Under the pieces are notes generated by a model, which saw only the letters and a program-made list of their open reading frames with translations, had not been told where the DNA came from and did no database searches. A program made the translations under genes and the position numbers. From assembly GCA_963668315.1 (NCBI GenBank), contig OY764216.1:832001-896000 (forward strand): DNA of 64,000 bases. Reading direction: 5' to 3'. The DNA is from Spirochaetia bacterium (GTDB taxonomy: Bacteria > Spirochaetota > Spirochaetia > DSM-2461). This document shows, piece by piece, positions 53,786 through 64,000 of the stretch (position 1 is its first letter; each line of letters starts with the position of its first letter).

Positions 53786-56700
53786 TTGACTATTCGATCT
53801 GTGATATATCTAATCCTCATTCTAAGCTTTCCGGCTGTGATTTTTACCCAGGAAGGGGAGAGCCGAGAGCCCGGCGATGCCTCCTATTACGAGGCGGAAG
53901 GTCTGGAAGCCTGGCAGTATGAGTTCAATCTTTCCGGATACGAACCGGGGACCTATAATATTATCATCGAAGGGCTGGACAAAGCGGGAAACACCGCCAC
54001 TGCCGGTCCGTATAACCTGTATATTGATCCCGATTCGGATAAACCCATCGTGCATATCATCAATCCCGAACCCGGTATGGGAGTGAACGGGAATGTAAAT
54101 ATCATAGGGACCTGCACCGATGACGACGGGGTCGCCTACGTTGAATTGAAAATTAATGACGGAGCCTACAGCCGGGCGGAAGGGACGGATTTCTGGTCTC
54201 ATTTTCTCAACACGGACAGCCTGGGGGACGGCCCCGTTTCTCTCTCCGCCCGGGGAGTGGATATAAACGGGGTTACCGGTGATGAGACGCTTCTCTCTTT
54301 TACTCTGGACAGCCGCGCCCCCGTAACGCGTGTGACATCCCATGGGAACGGTGTCCTTGTCAACGGGAAAATCTCCCTGGAAGGCAGTGTTTCCGATTCG
54401 AACGGAGTACGGAGTCTCGAATACAGCCGGGACGGAGGGACGACCTATGTGCCCCTGTCTCTCAAGGGTAAGAAGAGCAGCCCGGAAAAAACCTACCGGA
54501 TTTCCGTGAATACAAAAGAGCTGGAGGACGGTCCCCAGATCTACTGGTTCCGTGCTGTGGATAACTCCGGTTCAGAAGGGTTGTCCTCCTTTCTGTTCTT
54601 TGTGGATAACAGCCCCCCCGAAATCTCCCTGATCTATCCCGCGGCCGATGAGAAGGTCAACGGAAAAGTGGTCGTCGCCGGATACGCGGTGGATGAAATC
54701 GGCCTTTCAAATCTGACCTGCCGATCGGGAAAGGATGACCCGGAAGAGATTCTTCTCAAGGAGGGAGATCCTTACTGGGTGAAGGAATTTGATTTTACCG
54801 GCAGGGACAAAGGGGATATCCGTTTTGAGCTGACTGACCGGGCGGGCAATGTCTCCGAAGCCCGTCTGGAGCTGCAGTTGGACAGGGAAGGGGACAAACC
54901 GCTTGTTACACTGGTATCTCCCCTTCCGGGAGAGATTCCTGCCCGGACTGCGCTTGCCGGATTCGTGAGCGACGATGACGGGGTGGAGAAGATTCTCTAT
55001 TCCCTGGACGGCGGCGATCCCATGGAAATTCCCGCCCGTTACTCCTTTTATGAGTCTCTGGAGGGCCTGAGGGCGGGTTTCCACAGGCTTGAGATCTCGG
55101 CGGTGGATATTAACGGAGTAAGCAGTGATACTCAAAAAGTGGATTTTACGATTGCCGGGGCTAAGCCGCAAATTCGAATGGACCGCTATATCCCCCTCCA
55201 GGGAGAAGGTTCCGTGTCCTTTGTTCAGGGGGGAGAAATTGAGGAAGGTCTGTATAAAAGCCTGGAGGGGGCGGTCTTTTTCGCCAACCCGGCCGCAGAA
55301 GTTTTCGGTGCCTGGGATGGGGGGGGAGAGCTGAAAATCTCTCCGAAGAAACAGAGCGATTCGGAGTGGCAGTATTTTTCCCTCAGTCTGAAGGATATTC
55401 TTCCCGGCTATCATACTCTCCATATCCGGCTGGCTGACCAGGCGGGGCTGACGGAAGAGAAAACCTATTTTTTCTTTCTGAAAGGAGAAACGGCTCCCGG
55501 GGCGGAAAAGATGCTATATACGGGAGATGAACGGTTTAGAAGCGGTGGAAAACCTGTGGATAATCCTGTGGATATCCGGGAGGATAACCCACTGGTCTTC
55601 TATCTGGGAGAGCAGGCGGTAAGGGCCGAATTATCGGCAGAAGCGGATTTTCTCTCGGTCAAGAGGGAAGATCACCGGGTCATTGTTTCTGCCGATTCAC
55701 CGGGCTATGCCGGGGATCTCACCCTGGAGATTGAGACCTCTTCGGGGAAAACCTATCAGGTCGGGCCGTTTTCTGTGATCCGGGATGATCAGGTCCCTTC
55801 CATCGCTCTGGACGAGGAGAGGAGTGATCGGGTCTACCGTGACGGGTTTCTGCTGTCCGGAACCGTTGCTGATGACACGGAGGTCACGGACTTGTCTCTG
55901 AGTGTGAACGGAGGAGCTTTTTCCTCCGTGGAAAGGGAGGAAGGTCGCTTCAATCGTCAGGTCGATTTTCAAGCCCTCGGTGAGGGGGATCTTCATTTTG
56001 TTCTGAAAGCCGAAGACAGGGCGGGATGCGTCGATTATCAAGAGATCCTTGTCAGGAAGGACAGCACTCCTCCTGCCCTGAAACAGCTGACTCCCGTCCC
56101 GGGGAGAAGCATCAACGGGGTTATCTCTTATACCGGTCTCATAGGGGGAGAGAGCGGAGGTTCCGTGCTGACCGAATACTCCCCCGATGGTGAGAACTAT
56201 CTCCCCCTGGAAGGGGAAAATTTTCCCCGATGCCCCATCGATCTCACTCCCGGAGCCGAGGCTTTTGCCGGAAGTTTCCGCCTGACCGATGAGGCGGGAA
56301 ACACGGAGGTGTTCATGCCGGACCTGACCATTGATGAAGAGGGGGATCTTCCTCTGGTACAGATTCAGATTCCGTCCGATGATTATCTGGCCGAAAGAGA
56401 CTTCCTTGTGTCCGGCATGGCTTTTGATGACGACAGGGTCAAGTCGATTAAATACAGGATAGACGAAGGTGAGTTTGTCCTGCTGGAGGGGGGAAACAAT
56501 TTTGAGATACCCCTGGCCTTACAGAATTTGACGGATAATTCCCATCTTCTGGAAGTAATCGCCGTTGATCTGAATGATGTGGAGAGTAAACCGGCCTTTC
56601 TTAACTTTCATGTTTCACGGGACAAACCCGTCTCCGAACTGACGGCGCCCGCGCTCGGGGAAATTGTCCGGGGGGATGTTCTCCTGACCGGCATGTCACG

Positions 56701-58456
56701 GGATAACAACGGGATCGGCAGCGTTTATCTCTCCTATGACAACGGAAATACCTTTAACCGGATTCCCGTGGAGGAAGGGGGTGAACAATCGGACGAGTCG
56801 GTCAGCTGGCACTATCTCTTTAACACGGAAATGCTCAGGGACGGCCGCCATTCTCTTCTTGTCAGGGCGGTGGATAAATACGGCGCATCCAGCCTTTATA
56901 CGACCATGATCAATGTGGATAATACTCCGCCTGTCCTCTCTCTCTCCGAACCGGCAGAGGGCGCGAGGATAAGCGGCGAGACGGTGTTCAAGGGGCTGGC
57001 GTCGGACAATCGGGGCCTGAGTGATATAGGGATCGAGTTCAAATCCCTTTCGGGTGCCTCTCCCGGGCAGAGTCTGGAGTTAAATTCATCGGGAACGATT
57101 TTTGAAGAACTGGATATGTCCTCCTTTGAACCGGGATGGGTGAATATGAGACTGACCGCCACGGATATTACGGGAAACGAATCGATTATCAGCCGCAACC
57201 TGTTTCTGACGGAGAGGGAGGATCTGGAAAGAGTCCTGCTTCTTTCGCCCGCCTCGGGATCGGATGTCACGGACAGACTGATCGTGCAGGGGAGGGTGGA
57301 GAATATGGCCCATCCGGGAAAAACGACTATCCTTTTTGACGGCGTTTCCCGGACAGATCTGGAACTTTCCGAAAGGGGATACTTTCATTACGCCCTGGGA
57401 AAGGATGACGTGACCGAAGGAGTACATACCCTGCGGATTTCCCAGAAAACGGAAGAGGGGAACGAGGTCCTGTCGGAACCGGTGGAGGTTACCTATTCTT
57501 CAAGGGGCCCCTGGATAAGTATCGATAGTTTTCAGGCGGGCGACTTCATTACACAGAGGCCGTGGCTAAGCGGCACAACAGGATATAACTTCTCTCCTCC
57601 CGCCCTGGAGGGGAAAGAACTGGAGAAGTACAACAGAACGAAAGAGGCCGAACTGATCGAGATCAGCCTGGATAACGGCCGATCATTCCGCCCCGCCTCC
57701 GGCTCAGCCACATGGAAATTCCGGCTGGAGACACAGGAGCTGGAAGCAGGGGAGTTGTGGATTCTGGCCCGTGCCCGTTTCGCCGACGGAACGACGGCCG
57801 TGACGAAGACTCTGGTTCTAGTCGATGAGAATCCTCCTTCCCTTGACCTGATAACACCGGCCCAGGAGGGCATGCGGTTCAACGGGATACTGGCTCTCTC
57901 CGGTACGGGGGAAGATGAGAACGGCCTCGATTCCGTCAACGTCGCCCTTAGAAAGGGAGATAAGAACCGCTACGAAGTCCCCGCCTTTATTCAGGGTCTC
58001 TACATTGATATGCACTTTATGGGCTCGTCCTTTTTTGAGCTGGGTGCGGGACTGACCTTTTTTGACGACAATGTCAAACTTCAGGGGCAGCTGGGCTATG
58101 CTCCCCCCGGGCGGTTCTCCGGTTTTGTTTCCGGAGTCAAGCTGCTGGCCAATATCGCCGTTATCCCCTGGAATTACTATCTGGGTTACGACTTCAAGGA
58201 TTTTTCCTCCTCCGTGACGATGGGGACGGTATTCAACTATTTCTCCATGAGCGACAGTTCCCCCTTCGGTTCGGACGGGGTAATTCTGGGAGCCTTCCTG
58301 ACGCAGATTGAACTGGTGAAGTGGAAAAATCCGGACTGGAAATATTTCAGTGCCTTCGGTTTCTATACGGAGGCGGAGTTCTGGTTTATTTCGTCAGACA
58401 TTAACGCCGGCATAGAGCCGCGCCTTACATTCGGGCTTAGAACAGATGTTTTTTGA
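53786..58456 (+). CDS. Large exported Ig-like-repeat protein with probable C-terminal outer-membrane beta-barrel-like domain
   Basis: TTG start with AGGAG RBS; signal peptide; repeated 'D..P...I.P..G...G...DD.GV' Ig-like units; amphipathic C-terminal strands ending in Phe. Confidence 0.8.
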   Translation: MTIRSVIYLILILSFPAVIFTQEGESREPGDASYYEAEGLEAWQYEFNLSGYEPGTYNIIIEGLDKAGNTATAGPYNLYIDPDSDKPIVHIINPEPGMGVNGNVNIIGTCTDDDGVAYVELKINDGAYSRAEGTDFWSHFLNTDSLGDGPVSLSARGVDINGVTGDETLLSFTLDSRAPVTRVTSHGNGVLVNGKISLEGSVSDSNGVRSLEYSRDGGTTYVPLSLKGKKSSPEKTYRISVNTKELEDGPQIYWFRAVDNSGSEGLSSFLFFVDNSPPEISLIYPAADEKVNGKVVVAGYAVDEIGLSNLTCRSGKDDPEEILLKEGDPYWVKEFDFTGRDKGDIRFELTDRAGNVSEARLELQLDREGDKPLVTLVSPLPGEIPARTALAGFVSDDDGVEKILYSLDGGDPMEIPARYSFYESLEGLRAGFHRLEISAVDINGVSSDTQKVDFTIAGAKPQIRMDRYIPLQGEGSVSFVQGGEIEEGLYKSLEGAVFFANPAAEVFGAWDGGGELKISPKKQSDSEWQYFSLSLKDILPGYHTLHIRLADQAGLTEEKTYFFFLKGETAPGAEKMLYTGDERFRSGGKPVDNPVDIREDNPLVFYLGEQAVRAELSAEADFLSVKREDHRVIVSADSPGYAGDLTLEIETSSGKTYQVGPFSVIRDDQVPSIALDEERSDRVYRDGFLLSGTVADDTEVTDLSLSVNGGAFSSVEREEGRFNRQVDFQALGEGDLHFVLKAEDRAGCVDYQEILVRKDSTPPALKQLTPVPGRSINGVISYTGLIGGESGGSVLTEYSPDGENYLPLEGENFPRCPIDLTPGAEAFAGSFRLTDEAGNTEVFMPDLTIDEEGDLPLVQIQIPSDDYLAERDFLVSGMAFDDDRVKSIKYRIDEGEFVLLEGGNNFEIPLALQNLTDNSHLLEVIAVDLNDVESKPAFLNFHVSRDKPVSELTAPALGEIVRGDVLLTGMSRDNNGIGSVYLSYDNGNTFNRIPVEEGGEQSDESVSWHYLFNTEMLRDGRHSLLVRAVDKYGASSLYTTMINVDNTPPVLSLSEPAEGARISGETVFKGLASDNRGLSDIGIEFKSLSGASPGQSLELNSSGTIFEELDMSSFEPGWVNMRLTATDITGNESIISRNLFLTEREDLERVLLLSPASGSDVTDRLIVQGRVENMAHPGKTTILFDGVSRTDLELSERGYFHYALGKDDVTEGVHTLRISQKTEEGNEVLSEPVEVTYSSRGPWISIDSFQAGDFITQRPWLSGTTGYNFSPPALEGKELEKYNRTKEAELIEISLDNGRSFRPASGSATWKFRLETQELEAGELWILARARFADGTTAVTKTLVLVDENPPSLDLITPAQEGMRFNGILALSGTGEDENGLDSVNVALRKGDKNRYEVPAFIQGLYIDMHFMGSSFFELGAGLTFFDDNVKLQGQLGYAPPGRFSGFVSGVKLLANIAVIPWNYYLGYDFKDFSSSVTMGTVFNYFSMSDSSPFGSDGVILGAFLTQIELVKWKNPDWKYFSAFGFYTEAEFWFISSDINAGIEPRLTFGLRTDVF

Positions 58457-58560
58457 GGGGAAAATGGCAAGAATCAGAAAAATAGACTATATTATAAGTC
58501 CATCTGCAAAAGAATTGAGACAAAATCAGGTCATTAATAATGTAAAAAAACGGAGGCACT

Positions 58561-61500
58561 ATGTTTAAGAAGATGCATCCGACAGCAGTTATTCGTCATA
58601 TTATCCTTTTTCCCCTGTTCCTTTTTTTACTTACCACATGTGATTTGTTTTCTCCCAGCCTGGGTGATAAGATTGATACGGATTCTCCTGTTATCGGAAT
58701 TGAAAGTCACGGAAACGGAACCTATGTCGGGGGCACCATTACTCTGTCCGGCTATGCTGCCGATGACTTGGAAGTGAAATCGGTTACGGTCTCTTCCGGA
58801 TCGGTAACCTTCAATGCCCGTCTCTCCGGTGACAGCTGGTCTCTGGATCTGGATACGACGCAATTCACCGATGGTGATCTGGAGCTGACCATTAAAGCCG
58901 TAGACAGCTCCGGTAAAACCGTATCCACCACGGTTCTGCTGATTGTAGATAACAATCCCCCGGCTGTGCTTATTACGTCTCCTACCGAATACGGGAGTTC
59001 ATCCGATTCCGACTTTCCCGAATTCAATAAGGGTTTTACCCTGAAAGGCGAGACCGCCGATGCCACACGTGTGAAAAAAGTCTATGTCTCCTTGTATGAA
59101 GCTGATGGAACGGCTGTTTTCGAAAATGGTGAAGCGAGCGGTACTTCCAGCTGGTATTACACTTTCAATTCGGAGTTGTACTCCCTCAGCGGCGATTACT
59201 TCTTCTTTGTGGAAGCCGAAGATTATTCAGGAAACAGAAACAGTTATTATTACCACATTGAAGACATTATCGATTATGCGGTTGATGCGGGATCCCTTCC
59301 TTCTATAGAGGAGATCAATACCGCCGATCTGAATGGAACAGACCTTTCCTCGTCTCTCCTTACGACGTCCCAGGAAAATCTCCGGCTTGGTTCTGATCCT
59401 GCCGGAACCGTCATGGCCGTCGTATTCAATCCCGATTCCGATCTTCCCCAGTTTGATTTTGTCAGCCCCCCTATTGTCGAGAGCCCCGATAATCCTCTGG
59501 AGGAGAATCGTTTCTCCGTTCCCCAGAGATTTACCGGATATGTGGAAGATGATGATGCCAGCGGCATCGCCTTGGTGGAATTGGCTATTTTTGATTACGA
59601 GACGGATACCCCTCTTGATATATACGGTGAAGAAGTTGCTGATTCCTGGATCTCCCAGGAAGGGAGCGGCCTGGGTAACGAAAGCAGCGATCTGACTTTT
59701 TCGGGGACCCAGTGGATTCTTGATGCGGAGCTGCCGGAAGGAACTTTTTACATAGTCCTCCGCGCCGAAGATGCGTCCGGTGCATCAGCCACGTCCATAG
59801 AAGTGCCCTTCACGGTAAGCGCCAGCGCTCCGAGCATCGTCGTCAACAGTCCCGATCCGGGTACCTATATTGGTATTGGCCGGACGCTATCACTCGACAT
59901 AAATGTGAATAAAAGTGATGGAACTCCCTGGGAGGGAAGCGACGTTTATGTAGATCCCGACGGGGATCTTTCCTGGACGGACGGCAATGCCATTTTGATG
60001 ACGCCCGATGTAAGCGAAGTCGGCCACTTCACTCTGGAGCTTACAGAAGGAACGACGTCCGGCTTTAATTTTACCGGCGACGGTTCTTACACCATAAGAA
60101 TGAGAACGGGAACCGCGACGAATGCAGGTAATGCCACCCTCGGAATCACTGCCGATATTACGGCTCCCACCATGGCGATCACATCTCCCGGTGACGGGGA
60201 TACTCTGAACGGAACCGTTACGATTCGCGGCACCGCCGATGATGTTGCCATCGCGGCTGTCTACGGGAAAATAGAAGCGGGAGATATACCGGAATACACG
60301 TCATACCCTACCGATCCCCTGGCTGACGGCTGGGATTCGATAACCGACAGCGTTTACAACTGGTCTAAAATCCTGGACACGACGGACTACTATACCGCGT
60401 CTCCCGGGACATTGACCCTGCACTATTTCGCCGAAGACGTGGCGGGAAACCGGGGAAGCAGCGGTCTTGTCGATCATCCCTCCCGAATTACGGTTACCGT
60501 GGATCAGGACGGGGATCTGCCGGTGATTAATATCTCCCAGCCCTCCGAAGGCGGACGGCTCGGAATCGATTCCAGTATTATCGGAAATATAACGGACGAT
60601 GACCTTGTCGATGTCTCCTCCCTGACGATCTCCCTTGATGGAAATGATCCTGTTGCCGTCTCTTCGGCGCCCCTTTCCGATTCTACCAATGTCAGCTGGA
60701 GCCACAGCCTGGTTGGCGTGGCCGAAGGCGTCCATACCTTTGAACTTTCCGTGGACGATGTAAAAACCAACGGCGATTCGGTGGCCGGTTCTTCCCTTTC
60801 CTACTCTTTTGTTGTCGATGCGGGACCTCCCTCTCTTAATATCACAGCGCCGGCGGCCAACAGTCTCTGGAATGAAGATGTGGTGATAAGCGGAACGGCG
60901 GTAGATGTGAACGGAGTCAAATCCATGGCTCTCTCCCTTGACGGGACAACCTGGTATCCCATTTCCATTACTCCGACGACCGACTCGACCCTGATAAACT
61001 GGAGCTACACGTTACCTGTCGATCCCGATGGCTCCGACGATATGCAGTATACCGTACAGATTCGCGCGGTGGATCAGGCCGATGCAACAAGTACCGAGTA
61101 TCTTCCCTTTGAAGTGGATACCACTTCTCCCGTGCTGAAGATCACCCAACCTCCCGAATCGGTAACGGTTAACGGCGATGCCGTAACGGTGGGCGGCACG
61201 GTCAGTGATGTCAATGACGTAACCGGTCTGTATTACTATATTGATACGGATGATGTAACGCCCCCTGCCGATTCGGCATCGTGGACTTCAATTCCCATTG
61301 CCTATTCCTGGTCCTTTACGTTTAATACGCTGGATTACAACTCCACTTCCACCGCAGATGATTTTAAAATCTGGGTACGGGCTGTGGATCATGGGGATCT
61401 TCTGAATGAGACCGATGATACGGCGGTCGGACACAGTCTTGTTATTACCATAGATCAGGAGACGGACAGACCGGATATCTCTTTTAATGATCTTGATAAG

Positions 61501-64000
61501 AGTTCCACGGTTGCCTCGGAAAATGTGCTCGTGGGCGCGACATCTCTTTCCGGTTTGATCGAAGATGACGATTCCATTAATCCGGGAACCGATATTCCCA
61601 TTGAGATAAGCATTGACGGAGGAGCCTGGACCGATGTGGATCTGGCTCCGGCTCTGGGCGGTGCCGCCAAACAGACTATCGTCTGGAAACACGATATCTC
61701 AGGGCTTCTGGAAGGGGTCCATCATGTGAAGCTGAGGGCTCGGGATAGTGAATCTTCCGATGACTCCGTCTTTGGCAACTACAGTAATTTTAACTGGAAT
61801 CTGGTAGAAAATGCCGATCTGACGGGAGCCAATACGGACGCCGACAAAGATCTGGGGGTTCCTTTTATCGTTAACAGGGGAGCACCGACGATCGTTATCA
61901 GCAGTCCCGCCAATTACAGTTATCATAATGACGATGTGATCATAAGCGGAACGGCGGAAGACAGCAATGGTGTCAACAAAGTGGAAATCAGCTTTGACAA
62001 CGGAGCCAACTTCGATTTGTTTACGGATTACTCTCCTGCGGTAAGTACCGCATCCTGGTCCTTTACCTATGATTACTCTGTATTGGGAAGCGGCGTTGTC
62101 AGTTATATCGTTCAGGCAACAGACGGGTACAACTCCACCAGTATAGCCCACGGGCAATTCAGTGTGGATGTTGCTCCTCCTTCTCTTATCGTAGGGGAGC
62201 CGGATGCCTCTGATACCGTCAACGGTACGGTGTCCTTTTATGGCACCGCCGGAGATGATATTACCTTGAATAAGGTGTACTACAGCATCCTTCCTTCCGG
62301 GGCGGCTGCCCCGGCAGTTCCCGTTCCGGGTTCAAACGGAGCTATTACTAGCGAGGGGGGCTACACCGAGGCCACGGGGAACTACAGTTGGAGCGATAGT
62401 TTTGATACCGTCTCTGACCCCGTTTTCTCTTCCGGTGACGGCTCTTATGTCTTCAGAGCCCTTGCGATTGATTATGCGGGAAACATGAGCGGAGTCACCG
62501 CCGTCGCTTTTACCGTTTCTCAGGAGTCCGACAGGCCGGAAATTGACCTTTCCACATTCGATAACAGCGGTACATTCCTCACAAATGTCATGCCGACCTC
62601 TCAGCAGATCATCGGAACAATCGTCGATGACGACAGTGTTCAATCGGGTCTGCTTTATATTAAAGTCACGAATACAGCCGACGATACCGTCGTCCGTGAT
62701 TATACGGCTGTCACTGGTCCGCCGACGACCAGCGAGACCTGGAAGCATACGTTTACGGCAAAGCTGCCCAACGGACGTTACAATCTCTATGTGCGGGGAG
62801 CCGATGAGAACTTCATCGATGGAACCCATACCTATACTTCGGACAATTTTTACTGGAATGAGATCGGTCCCATCCCTTTTACCGTCGACGAGGATCTCCC
62901 CGTGACGACACAGACGATTCTCGATGGCGAACGGCTTAACGGATCCTTCAGTCTGTCCGGTACGGCAAGCGATTCCAACGGTATCAAGAGCGTGGATCTC
63001 GTTGTAAAACACAACAATGTCGTTGTCATAGATAATAATCTGGTGACCAATGCCGATCCGTTCTCCTTCCCCAGTCCGTTCTGGTCCCAATCTTATCCCG
63101 TTAACAGCGATGGTTCGGACGACGGGGCTCTGGAATGGACCGTCACCGTTACCGATGCCTTTGACAAGACGCAGTCATATACCAGGGAAGCCTATATCGA
63201 TACCCAGGCTCCCCATGTCACCATTACCAGCCCGAATAGCGGTTCTACCTTGAACGGTTCGATTCTCGTCGAAGGATACAGTAATGACGGGGATACATCG
63301 GCAAGCGAAGTGGACGGCGTCTGGGTCTGGATAGGTAAAGCCGCAGATCTTCCCTCTACAGATCCCTCCAGTGCTGATTTTGCCTCCTGGACCCTTCTCT
63401 CGGGAACGGATGACTGGGAGTACCGTTTCGCCGCCGCTCCCTATGACGGCGATACCTGGGGCGTATATATACTTACCCGGGACAATTTCGGCAATTATTC
63501 CGATCCTTCTGCTGCGGGCAACAACATATCCATAACAATCGATGAATCGGAAAATCTGCCCGTTATTACCCTTTCGACGGCGGCAAATAGCGTTCTGGGT
63601 GCTTCCTCTCTGGTCGAAGGAACCGTTGAAGACGACGATTATGTCGATGTTTCTTCTCTCCAGATAAGTTTTGACGGGGGAACAACCTGGACGGAAATCG
63701 CGAATAAACCGACATCCGACAGCAGCTATGTGAGTTTTTCCCACCCCGTTACCGCTCTTTCCGCCGGAACGGCGGTCTATCCGGTTCGGGTGAAGGCCAG
63801 CGATGTCGGGGAAAACTTTTCAGACGATACGCAGGATATTGATCCGGTAACCACGACCTTTCCTGCTGAGTCGGAGACTCCTCTCCCTGTCTATGTGGAT
63901 AAGGCTCTTCCGGATTTTTCAATAACCCAGGTTGGCAACGGGTTGACCACAGCTGCGGTAACGACAAGCCTTTATATAAATGATTATATCACGTTGACCG
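58561..64000 (+). CDS. Giant Ig-like-repeat lipoprotein (>1810 aa, truncated by window end; absent from the ORF track)
   Basis: GGAGG RBS; MFKKMHPTAVIRHIILFPLFLFLLTT-C lipobox-like; spot-checked frame is open at both ends; acidic Thr/Ser-rich Ig-like repeats. Confidence 0.85.
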   Translation, partial: MFKKMHPTAVIRHIILFPLFLFLLTTCDLFSPSLGDKIDTDSPVIGIESHGNGTYVGGTITLSGYAADDLEVKSVTVSSGSVTFNARLSGDSWSLDLDTTQFTDGDLELTIKAVDSSGKTVSTTVLLIVDNNPPAVLITSPTEYGSSSDSDFPEFNKGFTLKGETADATRVKKVYVSLYEADGTAVFENGEASGTSSWYYTFNSELYSLSGDYFFFVEAEDYSGNRNSYYYHIEDIIDYAVDAGSLPSIEEINTADLNGTDLSSSLLTTSQENLRLGSDPAGTVMAVVFNPDSDLPQFDFVSPPIVESPDNPLEENRFSVPQRFTGYVEDDDASGIALVELAIFDYETDTPLDIYGEEVADSWISQEGSGLGNESSDLTFSGTQWILDAELPEGTFYIVLRAEDASGASATSIEVPFTVSASAPSIVVNSPDPGTYIGIGRTLSLDINVNKSDGTPWEGSDVYVDPDGDLSWTDGNAILMTPDVSEVGHFTLELTEGTTSGFNFTGDGSYTIRMRTGTATNAGNATLGITADITAPTMAITSPGDGDTLNGTVTIRGTADDVAIAAVYGKIEAGDIPEYTSYPTDPLADGWDSITDSVYNWSKILDTTDYYTASPGTLTLHYFAEDVAGNRGSSGLVDHPSRITVTVDQDGDLPVINISQPSEGGRLGIDSSIIGNITDDDLVDVSSLTISLDGNDPVAVSSAPLSDSTNVSWSHSLVGVAEGVHTFELSVDDVKTNGDSVAGSSLSYSFVVDAGPPSLNITAPAANSLWNEDVVISGTAVDVNGVKSMALSLDGTTWYPISITPTTDSTLINWSYTLPVDPDGSDDMQYTVQIRAVDQADATSTEYLPFEVDTTSPVLKITQPPESVTVNGDAVTVGGTVSDVNDVTGLYYYIDTDDVTPPADSASWTSIPIAYSWSFTFNTLDYNSTSTADDFKIWVRAVDHGDLLNETDDTAVGHSLVITIDQETDRPDISFNDLDKSSTVASENVLVGATSLSGLIEDDDSINPGTDIPIEISIDGGAWTDVDLAPALGGAAKQTIVWKHDISGLLEGVHHVKLRARDSESSDDSVFGNYSNFNWNLVENADLTGANTDADKDLGVPFIVNRGAPTIVISSPANYSYHNDDVIISGTAEDSNGVNKVEISFDNGANFDLFTDYSPAVSTASWSFTYDYSVLGSGVVSYIVQATDGYNSTSIAHGQFSVDVAPPSLIVGEPDASDTVNGTVSFYGTAGDDITLNKVYYSILPSGAAAPAVPVPGSNGAITSEGGYTEATGNYSWSDSFDTVSDPVFSSGDGSYVFRALAIDYAGNMSGVTAVAFTVSQESDRPEIDLSTFDNSGTFLTNVMPTSQQIIGTIVDDDSVQSGLLYIKVTNTADDTVVRDYTAVTGPPTTSETWKHTFTAKLPNGRYNLYVRGADENFIDGTHTYTSDNFYWNEIGPIPFTVDEDLPVTTQTILDGERLNGSFSLSGTASDSNGIKSVDLVVKHNNVVVIDNNLVTNADPFSFPSPFWSQSYPVNSDGSDDGALEWTVTVTDAFDKTQSYTREAYIDTQAPHVTITSPNSGSTLNGSILVEGYSNDGDTSASEVDGVWVWIGKAADLPSTDPSSADFASWTLLSGTDDWEYRFAAAPYDGDTWGVYILTRDNFGNYSDPSAAGNNISITIDESENLPVITLSTAANSVLGASSLVEGTVEDDDYVDVSSLQISFDGGTTWTEIANKPTSDSSYVSFSHPVTALSAGTAVYPVRVKASDVGENFSDDTQDIDPVTTTFPAESETPLPVYVDKALPDFSITQVGNGLTTAAVTTSLYINDYITLT

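Overview
64-kb bacterial chromosomal window, most likely from a free-living Spirochaetaceae member. This taxon is inferred from 'ANG'-type solute-binding-protein signal peptides and paired giant Ig-like proteins; it was not verified by search. Contents: three carbohydrate ABC-uptake/catabolism loci (sensor-AraC locus; LacI + GH36 alpha-galactosidase; two-component system + GH120-like beta-helix enzyme), a GH78 rhamnosidase with AraC, assorted small enzymes, a TPR-GAF-GGDEF cyclase, a leuA-leuC-leuD-tam-leuB-cimA operon, an orphan HicB and two very large Ig-repeat surface proteins (the second runs off the end). No rRNA, tRNA, CRISPR, transposase or integrase was recognised. Main unannotated signals: (1) a complete ribosome-dependent attenuator with an Ile+Leu-rich 28-aa leader peptide upstream of the leu/cimA operon; (2) a 3.1-kb AT-rich clostripain-lipoprotein cassette flanked by a perfect 47-bp duplication of the glutathione peroxidase 3' end, splitting gpx from ohrR, with no recombinase gene; (3) a trans-aconitate-methyltransferase-like gene embedded in the leucine operon; (4) a glycosidase gene whose apparent start codon is ATA behind a perfect Shine-Dalgarno.
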